Positions 38,468-42,009 of a stretch of 42,009 nucleotides of DNA are shown in pieces. Within the stretch, counting starts at the first letter, position 1. The number at the start of each line of letters is the position of its first letter. Both the position numbers and the translations under genes were made by a program. The notes below the pieces were generated by a model that was not told where the DNA came from, did not search any database, and worked only from the letters and a program-made list of their open reading frames with translations. Source of the stretch: a virus (lineage: Duplodnaviria; Heunggongvirae; Uroviricota; Caudoviricetes). The stretch is from IMG/VR virus record IMGVR_UViG_2541047963_000003, one strand, 5' to 3'.

Positions 38468-41428
38468 GTGAATATGGCAGTAAAGATTTCAGGTGTACTG
38501 AAAGACGGCACAGGAAAACCGGTACAGAACTGCACAATCCAGCTGAAAGCAAAACGTAACAGTACCACGGTGGTGGTGAACACGCTGGCCTCAGAAAATC
38601 CGGATGAAGCCGGGCGTTACAGTATGGACGTTGAGTATGGTCAGTACAGCGTTATTCTGTTGGTGGAGGGATTCCCGCCGTCACATGCCGGGACTATCAC
38701 CGTGTATGAAGATTCTCAACCCGGTACGCTGAATGATTTTCTCGGTGCCATGACGGAGGATGATGCCCGTCCGGAGGCACTGCGCCGTTTTGAAGTGATG
38801 GTGGAAGAGGTGGCGCGTAACGCGTCCGCAGTGGCACAGAACACGGCAGCCGCGAAGAAGTCAGCCGGCGATGCCAGCACATCAGCCCGTGAGGCGGCAA
38901 CCCATGCGACTGATGCTGCAGACTCAGCACGCGCAGCCAGCACGTCAGCCGGACAGGCCGTGTCGTCGGCTCAGTCAGCGTCTTCCAGCGCAGGAACGGC
39001 ATCAGCAAAGGCCACTGAAGCATCAAAAAGTGCTGCCGCTGCAGAGTCCTCAAAAAGCGCGGCGGCCACCAGTGCCGGTGCGGCAAAAACGTCAGAAACG
39101 AATGCTGCAGCGTCACAACAATCAGCAGCCACTTCTGCATCCACCGCGACCACGAAAGCGTCAGAAGCTGCCACCTCAGCCCGGGATGCGGCGGCCTCAA
39201 AAGAGGCAGCGAAATCATCAGAAACGAACGCATCCTCGAGCGCCAGTAGTTCCGCTTCCTCGGCAACGGCGGCAGGAAATTCCGCGAAGGCGGCAAAAAC
39301 GTCCGAGACGAACGCCAGGTCTTCTGAGACGGCAGCGGGACAGAGCGCCTCAGATGCGGCAGGCTCAAAAACAGCGGCTGCATCATCTGCCAGTGCCGCG
39401 TCAACAAGTGCCGGGCAGGCCTCAGCCAGTGCCACTGCCGCCGGAAAATCGGCAGAAAGCGCTGCATTGTCCGCTTCAACAGCCACAACGAAGGCTGGCG
39501 AAGCCGCTGAACAGGCCAGCGCAGCAGCGAGGTCTGCATCCGCAGCGAAGACATCCGAAACGAACGCGAAAGCCTCGGAAACCAGTGCAGAATCCTCAAA
39601 AATGGCAGCTGCATCGTCCGCCAGTTCGGCGGCGTCATCGGCATCATCTGCGTCTGCTTCAAAAGATGAGGCGAGCAGACAGGCATCAGCAGCGAAAGGC
39701 AGCGCCACGACGGCATCCACGAAGGCGACAGAGGCAACTGGTAGTGCGACGGCGGCAGCTCAGAGCAAAAGTACGGCGGAATCCGCGGCAACGCGCGCCG
39801 AGACAGCAGCAAAACGGGCAGAGGATATTGCATCCGCCGTGGCGCTTGAGGATGCGAGCACGACGAAAAAGGGGATAGTACAGCTCAGCAGTGCGACCAA
39901 CAGCACGTCTGAAACGCTGGCGGCAACGCCAAAGGCAGTAAAAGCAGCCAATGACAATGCTGAGAAACGTCTGCAGAAAGATCAGAACGGTGCGGATATC
40001 CCTGGCAAAGACACCTTTACGAAAAATATTGGTGCCTGCCGTGCCTTCGGTGGGTCAGTAAGCACAACAACAGGAAACTGGACGACTGCACAGTTTATCG
40101 AGTGGCTGGATTCTCAGGGAGCATTTAACCATCCATACTGGATGTGCAAGGGTTCCTGGTCTTATGGCAATAATAAAATCATTACTGATACTGGCTGCGG
40201 TAATATTCATCTCGCCGGAGCTGTCATTGAAGTAATGGGGATAAAGTCAGCGATGACGATCCGCATTACCACTCCGACCACATCCAGCGGTGGCGGAACA
40301 ACCAACGCCCAGTTTACCTATATTAATCACGGAACAGATTATTCACCTGGTTGGCGAAGGGACTATAACTCCAGAAATAAGCCAACGGCATCAGAGATCG
40401 GGGCGCTACCGTCAGGTGGAACAGCAGTATCATCAGTTAATCTGGCTTCAAAAGGTCGGGTAGCCGCGCTGACAGACAATACGCAGGGGGCAGCAGGTCT
40501 TGAGTTATACGAGGTGTATAACAACGGATATCCAACAGCGTATGGAAATATCATTCACCTGAAAGGGATGACAGCCGTTGGCGAAGGTGAGTTACTCATC
40601 GGCTGGAGTGGTACAAGCGGTGCTCATGCTCCGGCATTTATTCGTTCACGACGGGATACGACCGACGCAAACTGGTCGCCGTGGGCGCAGCTTTACACCT
40701 CGGCTCATCCTCCTGCAGAGTTTTATCCAGTCGGCGCACCAATCCCGTGGCCATCAGATACCGTTCCGTCTGGCTATGCCCTGATGCAGGGGCAGACTTT
40801 TGACAAATCTGCATACCCGAAACTTGCAGTTGCTTATCCGTCAGGCGTGATCCCTGATATGCGTGGCTGGACGATTAAGGGCAAACCCGCCAGTGGCCGG
40901 GCCGTATTGTCTCAGGAACAGGACGGCATTAAATCGCACACCCACAGCGCCAGCGCATCCAGTACGGATTTGGGGACGAAAACCACATCGTCGTTTGATT
41001 ACGGCACTAAATCCACGAATAACACCGGGTCGCATACGCACAGTCTGAGTGGCTCTACGGGGTCTGCCGGTGCTCATACTCATGGTAATGGTATTCGTTG
41101 GCCAGGAGGCGGCGGTTCTGCGTTAGCATTTTATGATGGCGGTGGGTTCACTTATGTCAAGGATTCACAGTATCAAGTAAGCCCGGGGACTTCTTCCAGT
41201 AGATCGTATTATCAACGTATTCAGACACAGTCAGCAGGTGCTCATACCCACTCGCTGTCTGGTACTGCAGCAAATGCTGGCGCACATGCACATACTGTAG
41301 GTATTGGTGCGCATACGCACTCGGTTGCGATTGGGTCACATGGACACACCATCACCGTTAACGCTGCTGGTAACGCGGAAAACACCGTCAAAAACATCGC
41401 ATTTAACTATATTGTGAGGCTCGCATAA
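38468..41428 (+). CDS. stf: Side tail fibre protein Stf (intact, mosaic)
   Basis: 986-aa ORF; N-terminus [26 protein letters not shown]... and C-terminus ...[31 protein letters not shown] match recalled Ur-lambda Stf; long Ala/Ser/Thr-rich repeat region; HxH-rich C-terminal region. Confidence 0.85.
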   Translation: MNMAVKISGVLKDGTGKPVQNCTIQLKAKRNSTTVVVNTLASENPDEAGRYSMDVEYGQYSVILLVEGFPPSHAGTITVYEDSQPGTLNDFLGAMTEDDARPEALRRFEVMVEEVARNASAVAQNTAAAKKSAGDASTSAREAATHATDAADSARAASTSAGQAVSSAQSASSSAGTASAKATEASKSAAAAESSKSAAATSAGAAKTSETNAAASQQSAATSASTATTKASEAATSARDAAASKEAAKSSETNASSSASSSASSATAAGNSAKAAKTSETNARSSETAAGQSASDAAGSKTAAASSASAASTSAGQASASATAAGKSAESAALSASTATTKAGEAAEQASAAARSASAAKTSETNAKASETSAESSKMAAASSASSAASSASSASASKDEASRQASAAKGSATTASTKATEATGSATAAAQSKSTAESAATRAETAAKRAEDIASAVALEDASTTKKGIVQLSSATNSTSETLAATPKAVKAANDNAEKRLQKDQNGADIPGKDTFTKNIGACRAFGGSVSTTTGNWTTAQFIEWLDSQGAFNHPYWMCKGSWSYGNNKIITDTGCGNIHLAGAVIEVMGIKSAMTIRITTPTTSSGGGTTNAQFTYINHGTDYSPGWRRDYNSRNKPTASEIGALPSGGTAVSSVNLASKGRVAALTDNTQGAAGLELYEVYNNGYPTAYGNIIHLKGMTAVGEGELLIGWSGTSGAHAPAFIRSRRDTTDANWSPWAQLYTSAHPPAEFYPVGAPIPWPSDTVPSGYALMQGQTFDKSAYPKLAVAYPSGVIPDMRGWTIKGKPASGRAVLSQEQDGIKSHTHSASASSTDLGTKTTSSFDYGTKSTNNTGSHTHSLSGSTGSAGAHTHGNGIRWPGGGGSALAFYDGGGFTYVKDSQYQVSPGTSSSRSYYQRIQTQSAGAHTHSLSGTAANAGAHAHTVGIGAHTHSVAIGSHGHTITVNAAGNAENTVKNIAFNYIVRLA

Positions 41429-42009
41429 TGGCATTCAGAATGAGTGAACAAGCACGGACCATAAAAATTTATAACCTGCTGGCCGGAACTAATGAATTTA
41501 TTGGTGAAGGTGACGCATATATTCCTCCTCATACAGGTCTGCCTGCAAACAGTACCGATATTGCACCGCCAGATATTCCGGCTGGCTTTGTGGCTGTTTT
41601 CAACAGTGATGAGGCATCGTGGCATCTCGTTGAAGACCATCGGGGAAAAACGGTCTATGACGTGGCTTCCGGCGACGCGTTATTTATTTCTGAACTCGGC
41701 TCATTACCGGAAAATGTCACCTGGTTATCCCCGGAAGGGGAGTTTCAGAAGTGGAACGGTACAGCCTGGGTGAAGGATACGGAAGCAGAAAAACTGTTCC
41801 GGATCCGGGAGGCGGAAGAAACAAAAAACAGCCTGATGCAGGTAGCCAGTGAGCATATAGCGCCGCTTCAGGATGCTGCAGATCTGAAAATTGCAACGGA
41901 GGAAGAAACCTTGTTGCTGGAAGCCTGGAAAAAGTATCGGGTGTTGCTGAACCGTGTTGATACATCAGTAGTACCGGATATTGAGTGGCCAGTAGCACCT
42001 ATAGGGTAA
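41428..42009 (+). CDS. tfa: Tail fibre assembly protein Tfa
   Basis: 193-aa ORF matching lambda Tfa; start overlaps the stf stop; stop at 42007-42009. Confidence 0.9.
   Translation: MAFRMSEQARTIKIYNLLAGTNEFIGEGDAYIPPHTGLPANSTDIAPPDIPAGFVAVFNSDEASWHLVEDHRGKTVYDVASGDALFISELGSLPENVTWLSPEGEFQKWNGTAWVKDTEAEKLFRIREAEETKNSLMQVASEHIAPLQDAADLKIATEEETLLLEAWKKYRVLLNRVDTSVVPDIEWPVAPIG

Noticed and set aside
38697-39878. Three long ORFs (378, 335 and 249 aa) on both strands inside stf
   Set aside because: They lie in the Ala/Ser/Thr repeat region, where GCN/TCN-rich codons keep alternative frames open; their translations are Pro/Arg/Gln- or Ala/Asp-rich low-complexity sequence.

Overview
The window is essentially one complete lambda-like prophage, read in prophage order. 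It runs from int (stop codon at nt 1-3) through xis, a block of small early ORFs, exo/bet/gam, a non-lambda immunity region (S24-peptidase repressor, Cro/YdaS-like protein, CII/CP76-like protein), O with an iteron origin, P and ren. A DLP12-type nin region follows (emrE, the large serine recombinase ybcK, a secreted alpha/beta-hydrolase, ybcN-ninE-ybcO-rusA-ylcG), then a Q-position late regulator, holin/R/Rz/Rz1, bor, cos, and the full lambda head and tail set Nu1 A W B C(Nu3) D E FI FII Z U V G(GT) H M L K I J, then lom, stf and tfa (stop at 42007-42009). No rRNA, tRNA, CRISPR array or IS element was recognised. Identifications rest on my recollection of lambda and E. coli K-12 DLP12 proteins, on sequence motifs and on gene order; no database search or identity calculation was run. 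Most of the window is well-known biology. The parts most worth a second look are the stripped-down early-left/immunity region with no N, cIII, ral, sieB or rex; the AT-rich emrE-ybcK-esterase cargo island; a TonB C-terminal-domain lipoprotein beside bor; and tightly coupled small ORFs between xis and exo. Nothing here is demonstrated to be a new system; the findings are hypotheses with stated tests.
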